Source of the DNA: an uncultured Candidatus Saccharibacteria bacterium
GTDB taxonomy: Bacteria; Patescibacteriota; Minisyncoccia; UBA6257; CAYRSR01
DNA length: 64,000 nt
Assembly: GCA_964427275.1 (NCBI GenBank)
Contig: CAYRSR010000001.1
Location: 20,394-84,393, forward strand
Direction of reading: 5' to 3'
Made by a program: the position numbers and the translations under genes. The notes below the pieces were generated by a model that was not told the origin of the DNA, made no database searches, and saw only the letters and a program-made list of their open reading frames with translations. Shown piece after piece: positions 10,093 through 19,983 of this stretch; the first letter of the stretch is position 1; each line of letters opens with the position of its first letter.

Positions 10093-11094
10093 TTATTTTA
10101 AAGTTTCAATTTCTTTAACCACCTCTTGAATTATTATTACTGTGGGAACAGCTAAAATAATTCCAATCAGCCCAGCAAATTTTGCTCCCAATATTGCAAC
10201 TACAATTACTACAGCCGGATTTAAAGCTAACGTCTTTTTAAATATAGTCGGAATTAGTAAATCATTTTCTATTCTCTGAATAATTACAAACAATCCTATA
10301 ACCAGTAAGCCAAGCCACTTAGACTGAGCACTGGCAATAATAAAAGCTATAATCGCAGTTATAATCGGACCCAGAAATGGTATAATTTCCAAAATACCAG
10401 CTAACCCACCCAGAGTTGCTGAATAATCCACTTTTAATATTGACAAGCCCAGCCAAGTAAGTAAGCCTACTATTAAGCATAAAAGTAACTGAGCTTTTAG
10501 CCACTTTTCTAATCTGAACTTGATTTTCTCAAATACCAGATAAGCTCGATGCTGGTATTTAACTGGAATAAAAAAGCTTAAAAATTCCCAAACTCCATTT
10601 TCTCTAACAGTTAAGTAAAAGGTTAAAACTGCAATGGTGATAAAAGTAAAAATTCTTCCAAATACTGAAAAAACTATTTCAAAAATTGCCTGGGTATTTT
10701 CCACTAGCTTACTTACTCCAAGCTCCAGTCCAGAGCTTAACTGAGGAGCTATCGTTTCGGGAAAAAAGGCATAGATAAATTCCGTAGCAATTTCTTTAAA
10801 ATTAACTACAAACTCTTGAAACTGAGAACTTACTGCTGGAATAATATCAGAAAGAATAAATACTACTAAGCAAATAAAACTTAGATAAATTAACAACAAT
10901 GGATAAATTCTAGAAACATTTTTTTTCTGAAACCAATCTATCAAGGGAGAAATAGCTAAAGAAATTAGAACTGCTACTGCAACAAGAAGAATTACATCTC
11001 TAGCTAAATACAATAAGATAGCTACTGCAATAACTGCTAAAAATCTCCACAAATTTTTTCTGGAAATTTCCATATCTTTAAATTTAGCCTGCAA
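10093..11094 (-). CDS. AI-2E family transporter
   Basis: IPFLGP and LNPAVV...G.IG.ILAVP motifs; multi-TM. Confidence 0.88.
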   Translation of the reverse strand: MQAKFKDMEISRKNLWRFLAVIAVAILLYLARDVILLVAVAVLISLAISPLIDWFQKKNVSRIYPLLLIYLSFICLVVFILSDIIPAVSSQFQEFVVNFKEIATEFIYAFFPETIAPQLSSGLELGVSKLVENTQAIFEIVFSVFGRIFTFITIAVLTFYLTVRENGVWEFLSFFIPVKYQHRAYLVFEKIKFRLEKWLKAQLLLCLIVGLLTWLGLSILKVDYSATLGGLAGILEIIPFLGPIITAIIAFIIASAQSKWLGLLVIGLFVIIQRIENDLLIPTIFKKTLALNPAVVIVVAILGAKFAGLIGIILAVPTVIIIQEVVKEIETLK

Positions 11095-12352
11095 TTAGTT
11101 TAGTAAAAATTTTCTCATCTTTAAATGGCCCAACTATTGCCAGTCTTGACTCTTTTTTACGGAAAATTTGGTTAGCAAGTTTTCTAATCTGCTCCGAGTT
11201 AACTTTTTCTATCTCTCTAGCAACTTGTTCTGGTGATTTAATTTTATTTTCCATCAGTTCAGTTCGAGCATAAAATCCAGCCCAATCATTAGACCTTTCC
11301 AACCTTAAGTACAGGTTTCCAATTAAGTAATTTTTTACTTTTTGAAGTTCACGTTCAGATACTCTATACTTCTTAATTCGATCAATTTCTTTAACTATTG
11401 CTAAAATTACCCTTTCTATTCTTTTATTATCCACCCCAGCTGAAATTGTGAACATTCCATGCTTTGAAAACAATGAAACGCTAGAAGAAACATAATAGGC
11501 TGCTCCCATTTTTTCTCTAACTACCTGAAACAATCTAGAACTCATTCCTGCACCTAAAACACCAGACAAAACCTCCAAAATATAGCGCCGGCGATCAAAT
11601 AGACTAAAAGCTGGATAACCAAAGACCAGGTGGCTTTGATGAGTAGGTCTAGTTTCTATCTTCACTCTAGACTTTGGTATTAAATTTGAGTGTAGTCGGT
11701 AAGAAAATCGCCTGGACTTAACTTTTCGAAGACTAAACTTGCTTTTAATCTGAATTAAAATATCTTCACTTAAAGCACCGGCTACAGCTACTACTGTTTT
11801 TTGAGGAATATAATTTCTCTTTCTAAATTCTAAAAGCTCGTTTTGGCTAATTTTTTCAACCGTTTCCTTAAATCCAATTACTGGATAGCCAATAGGTTGA
11901 TCCCCATACATCAAGGATAAAAACACATCGTCAACCTTATATTCCGGCATATCCTCATACATGTTAATTTCTTCAATTATCACTTTTCTTTCTTTTTCCA
12001 AGTCTGACTTTGAAAAGACCGGATTTAAATACAACTCAGAAATTAATTCCAGGGCTCTGGCTAAAAACTTGTTCTGAACCTTAATCCAGTAGCCAGTATA
12101 TTCCTCACTGGTAAAGGCATTGTAAGCTGCTCCAATTTTCTCAAATTCCAAAGCTAGTTTTAATGGACTAGGATACTTTTTTGTTCCTTTAAAGGCTAGA
12201 TGTTCCAAAAAATGAGAAATTCCAGCGTTACTCTTTCTCTCTAAAAACGAGCCAACTTTTACCAGTATTAAGATGGTAGAAGATAAGCTATCTTTTATTG
12301 GTACAAGTATAATTCTTAATCTATTATTTAAAGTAATCTTTTTATAAGTCAT
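11084..12352 (-). CDS. M16 family (pitrilysin-like) peptidase
   Basis: HFLEH, NAFTS.E.T and GMSSRLFQ.VRE motifs. Confidence 0.93.
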   Translation of the reverse strand: MTYKKITLNNRLRIILVPIKDSLSSTILILVKVGSFLERKSNAGISHFLEHLAFKGTKKYPSPLKLALEFEKIGAAYNAFTSEEYTGYWIKVQNKFLARALELISELYLNPVFSKSDLEKERKVIIEEINMYEDMPEYKVDDVFLSLMYGDQPIGYPVIGFKETVEKISQNELLEFRKRNYIPQKTVVAVAGALSEDILIQIKSKFSLRKVKSRRFSYRLHSNLIPKSRVKIETRPTHQSHLVFGYPAFSLFDRRRYILEVLSGVLGAGMSSRLFQVVREKMGAAYYVSSSVSLFSKHGMFTISAGVDNKRIERVILAIVKEIDRIKKYRVSERELQKVKNYLIGNLYLRLERSNDWAGFYARTELMENKIKSPEQVAREIEKVNSEQIRKLANQIFRKKESRLAIVGPFKDEKIFTKLIAG

Positions 12353-12360
12353 AATATAAA

Positions 12361-12493
12361 AAATTTAAAATTAAAAAATCAAAATGCTATTAATTAATTT
12401 TCAATTATCAATTTTCAATTTTCAACATCCAACTTCTAACTTCTAACTTCTATTTGTAAATTCGTTGATTATTAGCAATTCGTAGATTGACAT
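12361..12493 (+). repeat. Composite dispersed intergenic repeat, copy 1
   Basis: Blocks AAAATT/TCAAAAT, TTTTCAA, CTAACTT and GTAAATTCGTTGATTATTAGCAATTCGTAGATTG; similar copies at 13774, 50751 and 59200 (inverted). Confidence 0.85.
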
Positions 12494-12524
12494 AACATTT
12501 GTAGGTTGGCATTATATCCATTAT

Positions 12525-13769
12525 TTACTTTATTATTTTCCCAAATTTTTCTATTTTTTGACCAGCCAAAATTTGAGGAATAATCTCAGCTAATCGATTA
12601 ATCTTTACTCTTATTTGGTTCATAGAATCACGGTCCCTTAAAGTAACATCCTGATTTTCAATAGATTCAAAGTCAACTGTAATGCATATTGGAGTCCCAA
12701 TTTCATCCTGTCTTCGATATCTTCTACCAATGGAATCTTTCTCATCATACTGAACCAAAAAATTTTCGGAAAGTCTCGTTTTAATTTGCTTAGCTATTTT
12801 AATTAACTGAGGTTTCTTAATTAAAGGTAGAACCGCTACTTTAACTGGAGAAAGTTTCGGATTCAATCTTAAAACTACTTCTATTTCCTTGGTTGGCTTG
12901 GTAGTCTTAGTTCTACCCCCCCTAACTTCACAATAAGCATCACATAACAAGGCTAAAAAAATTCTATCAATTCCGGAAGACGATTCAACAATGTAAGGTA
13001 ATGGCTGAGGAAAGTTTTGTCCTGAAAATTTTTGATGCTGTCTTAAATCGTAATCTCCACGATTGGCTATTCCCTCAATTTCCTTCCAGCCAAACGGAAA
13101 TCTATACTCTACATCTGTACAGGCTTTGGCATAATGAGCCAGCTCATCATTAGAATGTTCTTTTAATCTAAGATTCTCTTTTTTGATGCCTAAATTCAAA
13201 TACCAGTTTAGCCTTTCATTTCTCCAAAAGTTATAACATTTTTCTGCTTCAGATTCGCTTACAAAATATTCCAATTCCATTTGTTCAAATTCCAAAATTT
13301 TAATCAGAAAATGTTCAGGTGTTACTTCATTTCTAAACGATTTACCAATCTGAGCTATTCCAAAAGGAAGCTTCGCTCTTTGAGTATCCAGAATATTTAA
13401 ATAATTTACAAAAACTCCTTGAGCAGTTTCCGGTCTTAAGTAAATTAAATTTTTTTTCTGCTTTTCTCGATGATAGGTTTCAAACATTAAATTAAATGGC
13501 CGACCTTCAAACTCTTCAGTAAATAAAGTAGTATGTCCAGAAGCTTCCCATACCTTTTTATTCATAAAAATCGCTGCATCAAGTCCTACAACATTATCTC
13601 TCTTATAAACAATATCCTGCCACCACAACTTTTTAATATTGTTTTTTAACTCAACTCCCAATGGTCCATAATCATAAACTGCTGATAGTCCCCCATAAAT
13701 TTCTGAACTCGGGAAAATAAATCCTCTTCGCTTACACAAAGAAACTATTTTATCTAAGCTGTCTACCAT
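12525..13769 (-). CDS. glyQS: Glycine-tRNA ligase (alpha2 type)
   Basis: LRPETAQG, GKSFRNE, EFEQME and IGRRYRRQDEIGTP motifs. Confidence 0.96.
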   Translation of the reverse strand: MVDSLDKIVSLCKRRGFIFPSSEIYGGLSAVYDYGPLGVELKNNIKKLWWQDIVYKRDNVVGLDAAIFMNKKVWEASGHTTLFTEEFEGRPFNLMFETYHREKQKKNLIYLRPETAQGVFVNYLNILDTQRAKLPFGIAQIGKSFRNEVTPEHFLIKILEFEQMELEYFVSESEAEKCYNFWRNERLNWYLNLGIKKENLRLKEHSNDELAHYAKACTDVEYRFPFGWKEIEGIANRGDYDLRQHQKFSGQNFPQPLPYIVESSSGIDRIFLALLCDAYCEVRGGRTKTTKPTKEIEVVLRLNPKLSPVKVAVLPLIKKPQLIKIAKQIKTRLSENFLVQYDEKDSIGRRYRRQDEIGTPICITVDFESIENQDVTLRDRDSMNQIRVKINRLAEIIPQILAGQKIEKFGKIIK

Positions 13770-13773
13770 AGTT

Positions 13774-13918
13774 AATTTAAAATTAAAAAATCAAAAATCA
13801 AAATGCTATTAATCAATTTTTAATTTTCATTGAATTTTCAATTTTCAACATCCAACTTCTAACTTTTAACTTTTATTTGTAAATTCGTTGATTATTAGCA
13901 ATTTGTAGATTGGCATCA
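13774..13918 (+). repeat. Composite dispersed intergenic repeat, copy 2
   Basis: Direct repeat of 12361-12493 on the other side of glyQS. Confidence 0.85.
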
Positions 13919-13941
13919 TATATTTGCATTTTACATTTTTC

Positions 13942-15096
13942 TTATGGTTTAGTCCAGCTAGTTTTAACATAAAAATCAGAAACAGTCTGACAATAATCAG
14001 AATCATTTAAATCTTCGGCTAAATTGGAACAATTAAACACAATCCAGCCACAGTTATCGGACCAAGCATAGCCATGAAAAATTCCTTCTGAATCAATAGT
14101 AACTTTATAGTTTGAAACAGTATCGCAAAAATCAGGGTCATTATGATAGTCTGCCATATCTGAACAATTAAACGATATCCAGCCACATTTTTCAGACCAG
14201 GCATAACCAGAAAGAACCCCCGTACTATCATTTAATACTCTATAATTAGAAACTGAGCATTCATTTTTATTTTTACAATTAAATGAAACTAGTCCATAAT
14301 TTTCTCCATAACCAAAGCCAGTAAGTTCATCTGTCTTTACATATACTCCATTTTCAACATCCATAGCTGTCATATCCAGCCAGCCAGCTATGTCAGACCA
14401 GGCATACTTATAAACTGAATCTATATTGGAAATAGATGGCGCAAGCCCTTGAATATAAATAGAACCTGGAATGGACAAATAGTCTATATTAGATGATGTA
14501 GCAAAAGAGAAACCAAAATCTTTTACCACCTGAACTTCTCCAAGTTGCTTTTCCCAGAATGACTGCCTGGCTATCTTATTTGTCCACCGAGTGAGAATGC
14601 TGACCATTCTCACTTTAGAAATTTGCTGAGCTTTCTTCCAGAACACTTCAACAATAATTTTTTGAGTAGAAGGATCTTCAGAACCCTCAGCTGGTTCCAC
14701 AATTTTCCCATTAACATCTCGATAAACATTTTCTACTGAAAAAAAACTATTAAACTTGGTTCCACCTATTTCTACTTCATCGATACCATCAACTACAACC
14801 AGTTCAGTACCACTGGTCTGGGTATGATACTTATAACCCATTCCTTTATTAAGTTGATAAATATTATTCCAATTACTTTCAGCTACTGTTTTCAGGTCAT
14901 CTATAAGCTGTTCGGCAATTGTGCTAGCAATTTGATGTAGCTTAGCTTCAAATTGAGAATGGAGAGCCATTACTACTGCAGTAATAGTTGCTCCAATTAA
15001 AATTGTCCCAATAGCTAAACCAATTAATACTTCAGCTAGAGCCTGTCCCTTATTTCTAAGTTTTAATACTTTGCATCTAGTACTCAATTTTTCCAT
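13942..15096 (-). CDS. Minor pilin-like protein with C-terminal GYAWS..GWI.FNC repeats
   Basis: Class III signal KGQALAE plus hydrophobic helix; three AWS-x3-GW repeats. Start codon uncertain. Confidence 0.78.
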   Translation of the reverse strand: MEKLSTRCKVLKLRNKGQALAEVLIGLAIGTILIGATITAVVMALHSQFEAKLHQIASTIAEQLIDDLKTVAESNWNNIYQLNKGMGYKYHTQTSGTELVVVDGIDEVEIGGTKFNSFFSVENVYRDVNGKIVEPAEGSEDPSTQKIIVEVFWKKAQQISKVRMVSILTRWTNKIARQSFWEKQLGEVQVVKDFGFSFATSSNIDYLSIPGSIYIQGLAPSISNIDSVYKYAWSDIAGWLDMTAMDVENGVYVKTDELTGFGYGENYGLVSFNCKNKNECSVSNYRVLNDSTGVLSGYAWSEKCGWISFNCSDMADYHNDPDFCDTVSNYKVTIDSEGIFHGYAWSDNCGWIVFNCSNLAEDLNDSDYCQTVSDFYVKTSWTKP

Positions 15097-15547
15097 TTTG
15101 ATGAATGGTAATAGAAATTTCATCCTGTGGTTTTTTTATCAGACGAACTTTTACAACCGACAAATTTTTAGGTAAGCCAGTAATACTTTCAAAAATAATA
15201 TCTACTGTTTTACCTTCAGATGGTTGACTAAATTCAAGTTGAGGTTTTAAAAAATAAGTGTCAGTTACATTAGAAGCAGTAAAATTTTCTCCAAAAAAAA
15301 CTTGATAAAAATCTTTCTGAGAATTTACAAAATGAATTCCCCAGCAATCTGGTCTATCGTCTCCATCCCCATCCACACCAGCTAGAGATTTAGTTTGGGT
15401 CGCTCGTAAGGAAATTACTATTTTTCTGGCTTCAAGTTCTAGAGTTTGTCGCTGTTGATAAGAAAATAAATTCAGTAAAATTACTAATCCCAAAGTAACT
15501 AAAATTGAGATTGAAATTAGAAGCTCAGTTAAGGTAACCCCCCTCAT
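15077..15547 (-). CDS. Minor pilin (N-methylation motif)
   Basis: MRGVTLTELLI; start moved to 15547, just after the pilC stop. Confidence 0.82.
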   Translation of the reverse strand: MRGVTLTELLISISILVTLGLVILLNLFSYQQRQTLELEARKIVISLRATQTKSLAGVDGDGDDRPDCWGIHFVNSQKDFYQVFFGENFTASNVTDTYFLKPQLEFSQPSEGKTVDIIFESITGLPKNLSVVKVRLIKKPQDEISITIHQNGKIEY

Positions 15548-15551
15548 AACA

Positions 15552-16760
15552 TTAGAACTGGGTAGCCATCTGATAAATTGGAACGATAATAGAAATAGCA
15601 ATAAATCCAATAATTAGTCCCATAACTAAAAGTAAAATTGGCTCAAGTATCGTAACCAAATCTTTAAGAGCTTTATCTACTTCTTTTCTATAAAAGTCCG
15701 CCAAGGTTTGCAGAGTTGTTTCAATGTTGCCAGTTTTTTCAGCAATACTAATTAAATTAACCACTGTTCTGGGGAAAAATGGCTCTCTTGAAAATGCATC
15801 AGATATAGTCCAGCCCTTAGCTAATCTTTCTCTAGAAATTCTGATTAAAGCATCTTTTAGTCTCTGATTTCCAACTACTTCGGCAGTAATTTCAACCGCG
15901 CGCGGAAAATCTATTCCGGCTTCAATTAAAGATGCTAAGGTGGAGGCAAATCTTTGAATAGCCATTTTTTCAGTCAAATTTCTAACTATTTTTATTTTGG
16001 TAAATAAATCAAAAAGTAATCTGCGAACTACTATAAAATTACGATATAAAATGAACAGTAATAATAAACCTCCTATCCCTAATGATAATATTGTCCAGAT
16101 ATGTTCAGCAATAAATCCACCTACAGTAAAAACCATCTTAGAAAAAGCTGGCGGTTCAAATCCAGTACCTTCAAACACCGAAGCAATTTTGGGTAGCGCA
16201 AAGGTAGTTAAAAAGGTTACCACAACACCAGACATTATTAATAGAAAAACTGGATAAATTAGAGCTGATCTAACTCGGCCTTTAAAATCCCTGGTTGTTT
16301 CTAAAGAAGTTGACAAGCGATCAAACACCACTTCCAGATTACCTGAAGCTTCTCCGGCTTTAATTAAATTAACAAAAACCGGGTCAAAAAACTGAGGATA
16401 TTTTGCGAAAGTAAAAGACATTGACCGTCCCTGTTCAAGGTCATATCTCAATTCCATTAAAAAGTTTCGAAGTCCTGGCTTTTCATAGTCAGTAATCAAA
16501 ATTTTAACAGTCCTGAATAAATCTGTCCCACTTCTCAGCATTAAAGATATATACCTAGTTAGAAAGATTTTATCATTGATACCAATTAGTGGAGCAAAAA
16601 ATCTTCTTCCTCGAAGTACCACTCTCCTTTTTGGTTTAATTGTAATTGGAGTTAAACCTTTTGCAGCTAACTCTTCTAAGGCTTCTTTGATATCTGTGGC
16701 AGATATTTCTCCTTCACTAACTTCTCCAGTTGGTAAAGCTGCAGTATATTTAAAACGCAT
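15552..16760 (-). CDS. pilC: Type IV pilus platform protein PilC/GspF
   Basis: GEASGNL, SALIYP, EKTGN and LEP motifs. Confidence 0.92.
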   Translation of the reverse strand: MRFKYTAALPTGEVSEGEISATDIKEALEELAAKGLTPITIKPKRRVVLRGRRFFAPLIGINDKIFLTRYISLMLRSGTDLFRTVKILITDYEKPGLRNFLMELRYDLEQGRSMSFTFAKYPQFFDPVFVNLIKAGEASGNLEVVFDRLSTSLETTRDFKGRVRSALIYPVFLLIMSGVVVTFLTTFALPKIASVFEGTGFEPPAFSKMVFTVGGFIAEHIWTILSLGIGGLLLLFILYRNFIVVRRLLFDLFTKIKIVRNLTEKMAIQRFASTLASLIEAGIDFPRAVEITAEVVGNQRLKDALIRISRERLAKGWTISDAFSREPFFPRTVVNLISIAEKTGNIETTLQTLADFYRKEVDKALKDLVTILEPILLLVMGLIIGFIAISIIVPIYQMATQF

Positions 16761-16764
16761 AATG

Positions 16765-16905
16765 TAAATTTAAAATGTAAAAATCAAAATGTAAAATGAC
16801 GATTTAAAATTCAAAATAGATAAATATTAAAATGATTTTGAAATTTGCTAATTTTAACATTTTGCATTGTAATTTTAATTTTTGATTTTTTAATTTTAAA
16901 TTTAT
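16765..16905. repeat. Inverted AT-rich heptamer arrays forming an imperfect palindrome
   Basis: (T/C)AAAAT(G/T) units on the left arm and their reverse complements on the right arm. Confidence 0.7.
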
Positions 16906-16906
16906 A

Positions 16907-18625
16907 TTACCTGGCTACTCTCAAAACCTCTTCTATGGTGGTAATTCCTCTTTCTACTTTCAATAAACCATCCTCAAACATTGTTGTCATCCCCTTGCTT
17001 CTACTTAGTTCCTTTAAGGCATCTAAGGAAAAATCTGGAAGTGTAATCATATCTCTAATATCTTTGGTTACATCTAAAACCTCAAAAATGGCAGTTCTTC
17101 CAGAATATCCAGTAAAGTTACATCCAGGACATCCTCTGCCTCGGTAAAGAGTCTTTGGTATACGCACTTCACTAGGATCTATCCCTAACACTCTTAGCTG
17201 CTCTTTTATAGCTGATATAGTACCCTTATCTGGCTTATATGACTCAATACAGGGCTTATGAATTGTTCGAACCAATCTTTGAGCTACTACTGCATTTAAA
17301 ACCGCAGCTACCAAATAAGCTGGAATGCCCATATCAATTAACCTTGGAATTGCAGTAGGTGCATCGCTGGTATGAAGTGAGGATAGAATTAGATGTCCGG
17401 TTAAAGCTGAATGAACTGCAATTTCAGCAGTTTCTCTATCTCGAATTTCACCAACCATAATAATGTCGGGGTCTTGACGCAGAATAGCCCTTAAGCCATT
17501 AGCAAAAGTAATTCCAGCTTTAGGATTTATCTGAGTTTGATTCAAATAAGAAATATTATATTCCACCGGATCTTCAATAGTAACAATATTTACACCAGGT
17601 TGATTTAATAAATTCAAAATTGAATAAAGGGTAGTGGTTTTTCCAGAGCCAGTAGGCCCACATACTAAAATCATTCCATAAGTTTTAGCAATATTCTTTT
17701 TAACTAATTTTATGGTATCCCTTAACATTCCCAGTTCTTCAAAGGAAAAAGGTTTTTGAGTCGCAGCTAGCAACCTAATCGCAATTTTTTCTCCAAAAAA
17801 AGTAGGCATTACCGATACTCGCATATCTACCGCCCCTGTTTCAGTCTTGTATCTAAACCGTCCATCCTGAGGCCTGGAATGTTCATCAATTGCAAGCCCG
17901 GATAGTAGTTTAATTCTAGCCACTATTGCCGGATGAATTTGCTTGGGTAGTCTAATCATTTCATAAAGAATTCCGTCAATTCTAAACCTTACCAGTAAGC
18001 AATCTTCTAAAATTTCTAGATGAATATCAGAGGCCGAAAGCGAAGCAGCATAACTTATCAGATTATCAACTATAGCAGCAATTGGAACCATGGTAGCTAT
18101 TTCTTTTAACTTCTTTTCGGCTTTGGTTCCAGCTCGTAAAGCTTCAGCTACACTTTCTTCAATCATCTTCCTGAAGCTTAATGCAGTTTTTCTCTGATAT
18201 AAAGAAAAAGCCCAATTTAAATCCTCATCAGAGACTAAAACTGGATGAACTTTAGCTTTTAAATATTTTTCTAAAAATTCAATAATTTCTAGATTAGTAG
18301 GGTCCTCCATTCCTATATCCAGAGTTCCATCTTTTTCTCGATTAAATACACAAACTTTATATTCTTGAGCTAAGTCCTGAGGAAGAAGATAAAATGCATC
18401 TTCCTGAATTCCCACATTTTTAAGTTTTACCCTTTCCACTTTCAGAATATCTGATAACAGGTCATAGTAATAATCCAAAGTAAGATAACCTTGAGCTGCT
18501 AGAGCTTCGACTATATTCTGTCTTTTTCGCTTGGCTCTTTCAACCATCGCATCAAATTCTTCAGTGGTAATTAGTCCTTTATCAATCAATATTTGCTTCA
18601 GCTTTTTTAAAGGAAGAATTAACAT
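16907..18625 (-). CDS. pilB: Type IV pilus assembly ATPase PilB/GspE
   Basis: GPTGSGKTTT, TIEDPVEY, LRQDPDIIMVGEIRD and CPGC motifs. Confidence 0.94.
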   Translation of the reverse strand: MLILPLKKLKQILIDKGLITTEEFDAMVERAKRKRQNIVEALAAQGYLTLDYYYDLLSDILKVERVKLKNVGIQEDAFYLLPQDLAQEYKVCVFNREKDGTLDIGMEDPTNLEIIEFLEKYLKAKVHPVLVSDEDLNWAFSLYQRKTALSFRKMIEESVAEALRAGTKAEKKLKEIATMVPIAAIVDNLISYAASLSASDIHLEILEDCLLVRFRIDGILYEMIRLPKQIHPAIVARIKLLSGLAIDEHSRPQDGRFRYKTETGAVDMRVSVMPTFFGEKIAIRLLAATQKPFSFEELGMLRDTIKLVKKNIAKTYGMILVCGPTGSGKTTTLYSILNLLNQPGVNIVTIEDPVEYNISYLNQTQINPKAGITFANGLRAILRQDPDIIMVGEIRDRETAEIAVHSALTGHLILSSLHTSDAPTAIPRLIDMGIPAYLVAAVLNAVVAQRLVRTIHKPCIESYKPDKGTISAIKEQLRVLGIDPSEVRIPKTLYRGRGCPGCNFTGYSGRTAIFEVLDVTKDIRDMITLPDFSLDALKELSRSKGMTTMFEDGLLKVERGITTIEEVLRVAR

Positions 18626-18647
18626 GATAAATTTCTAACTTGTTTTA

Positions 18648-19208
18648 TTATACCAAAAATTTAGATACTAATAAAATAGCTAAACTTGGCCAAAGCCAGA
18701 AATAATAAAATGGAAACCGAGCCTGAGAACCTCTAAATTTTAACAGCGCAGTTCCAATAATTCCAATCAAAAATATGGCTATTAAATAAATAAAACACCA
18801 TGGATGAGGAAGAATAAAAATTGATACTCCAGCAATATAAGGTTCCTCATTTTCAAAAAATCGATATCGCTTCTTTTTGTTTATGTATTTAAAAAAAGCT
18901 AGAAAAAATAAAGAAATCCCAAAGGATATTAAATATTTGATATAAAAGTGGAAAAAAGAATAACTTAAAAAATAATAAATACTACGATAGGGAGGAATAA
19001 GATACTTTGATGGTGGACTTGTCTGCCAGGTTAAAAACAATTGCCTGGTATTATAAAAGCTAAAGCTGAAAATTAAAATAACTGAAATTAGTAGTATAAG
19101 TTTGAAAACATTTTTAGCTAAAGTTTTCCCAACTAAATTTTTAAACTTTAAAAAAACTTGAACAGCAATACTGACAATTAAAATACTTAAAGCAAGATAG
19201 AACATCAT
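18648..19208 (-). CDS. Membrane protein upstream of pilB
   Basis: Multi-TM. Loosely resembles a prepilin-peptidase C-terminal half, but catalytic Asp residues are not evident. Confidence 0.55.
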   Translation of the reverse strand: MMFYLALSILIVSIAVQVFLKFKNLVGKTLAKNVFKLILLISVILIFSFSFYNTRQLFLTWQTSPPSKYLIPPYRSIYYFLSYSFFHFYIKYLISFGISLFFLAFFKYINKKKRYRFFENEEPYIAGVSIFILPHPWCFIYLIAIFLIGIIGTALLKFRGSQARFPFYYFWLWPSLAILLVSKFLV

Positions 19209-19243
19209 TAAAATTATACCAGCTTCAGACTAAATTCAAAATC

Positions 19244-19274
19244 AAGCCTGCCCCTGAATTTCAGGGGCAGGCTT
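19244..19274. terminator. Hairpin terminator after pilin
   Basis: AAGCCTGCCCCTGAA-T-TTCAGGGGCAGGCTT perfect inverted repeat. Confidence 0.75.
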
Positions 19275-19292
19275 CAAACGCTTCCTGCTCAA

Positions 19293-19889
19293 CTAAATCA
19301 AATCCAATCCGGGGTCAGAACCAATTTCGTAAATATTAGAATTATCTCCTCCATCCTTGCCTTCCAGGTCGCTATACTTGGTGCTCTCCATATTGCAGTT
19401 CAACTCAAAAGTCAGGGTAGAAGAAGAACAACCAAAGATGTAATAAAAGCCACCATCAACCCCTTCACCATTACTGCTATCATCATTAACTGGATCTAAT
19501 GGTAAAGATGATAAAGGAGAACCGGCAGGAATATCATTTAGATTAATTGCTACCCAGCCGGTACCATCAGTGGTAATATCATTATCAGCAGCGCAAGTTG
19601 CAGACGTGAATCCACCATCAGTATCATCCTTCGCGTAAACATTACCACTTCCAGTTTTCCCAGTACATTTACAGGCAGATTCTCCAGATTTGGGCATTTG
19701 CGGATTAGACACTGATACTAGATACAAACTTAAAGCTGATTGAATACTCTTTAAATCAGACATTCTCTGAGAGTCTCTGGCTTCCTTGAGCATCTGAGCT
19801 GGATTCATTACTACCGCTATCGTGGTTGCTATAATTGCCAGAATTGCAATAACTATCAATAGCTCAATTAAAGTAAATCCCCTCTTCAT
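19293..19889 (-). CDS. Type IV pilin (major-pilin-like, paralog 1)
   Basis: MKRGFTLIELLIVIAILAI; ARDSQRMSDL; PLDP; own promoter and terminator. Confidence 0.92.
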   Translation of the reverse strand: MKRGFTLIELLIVIAILAIIATTIAVVMNPAQMLKEARDSQRMSDLKSIQSALSLYLVSVSNPQMPKSGESACKCTGKTGSGNVYAKDDTDGGFTSATCAADNDITTDGTGWVAINLNDIPAGSPLSSLPLDPVNDDSSNGEGVDGGFYYIFGCSSSTLTFELNCNMESTKYSDLEGKDGGDNSNIYEIGSDPGLDLI

Positions 19890-19983
19890 CCTTTTTGTCA
19901 CTTTTTTCGACCTTTGTTATTATTGTAAAACAAATAATTACAAGAATCAATTGGGAATTTGTTTTTAAAAAAATTACAAGGAT

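Noticed and set aside
16845-17147. ORF starting within the AT-rich palindrome
   Set aside because: N-terminus is repeat-derived and the rest is antisense to pilB.
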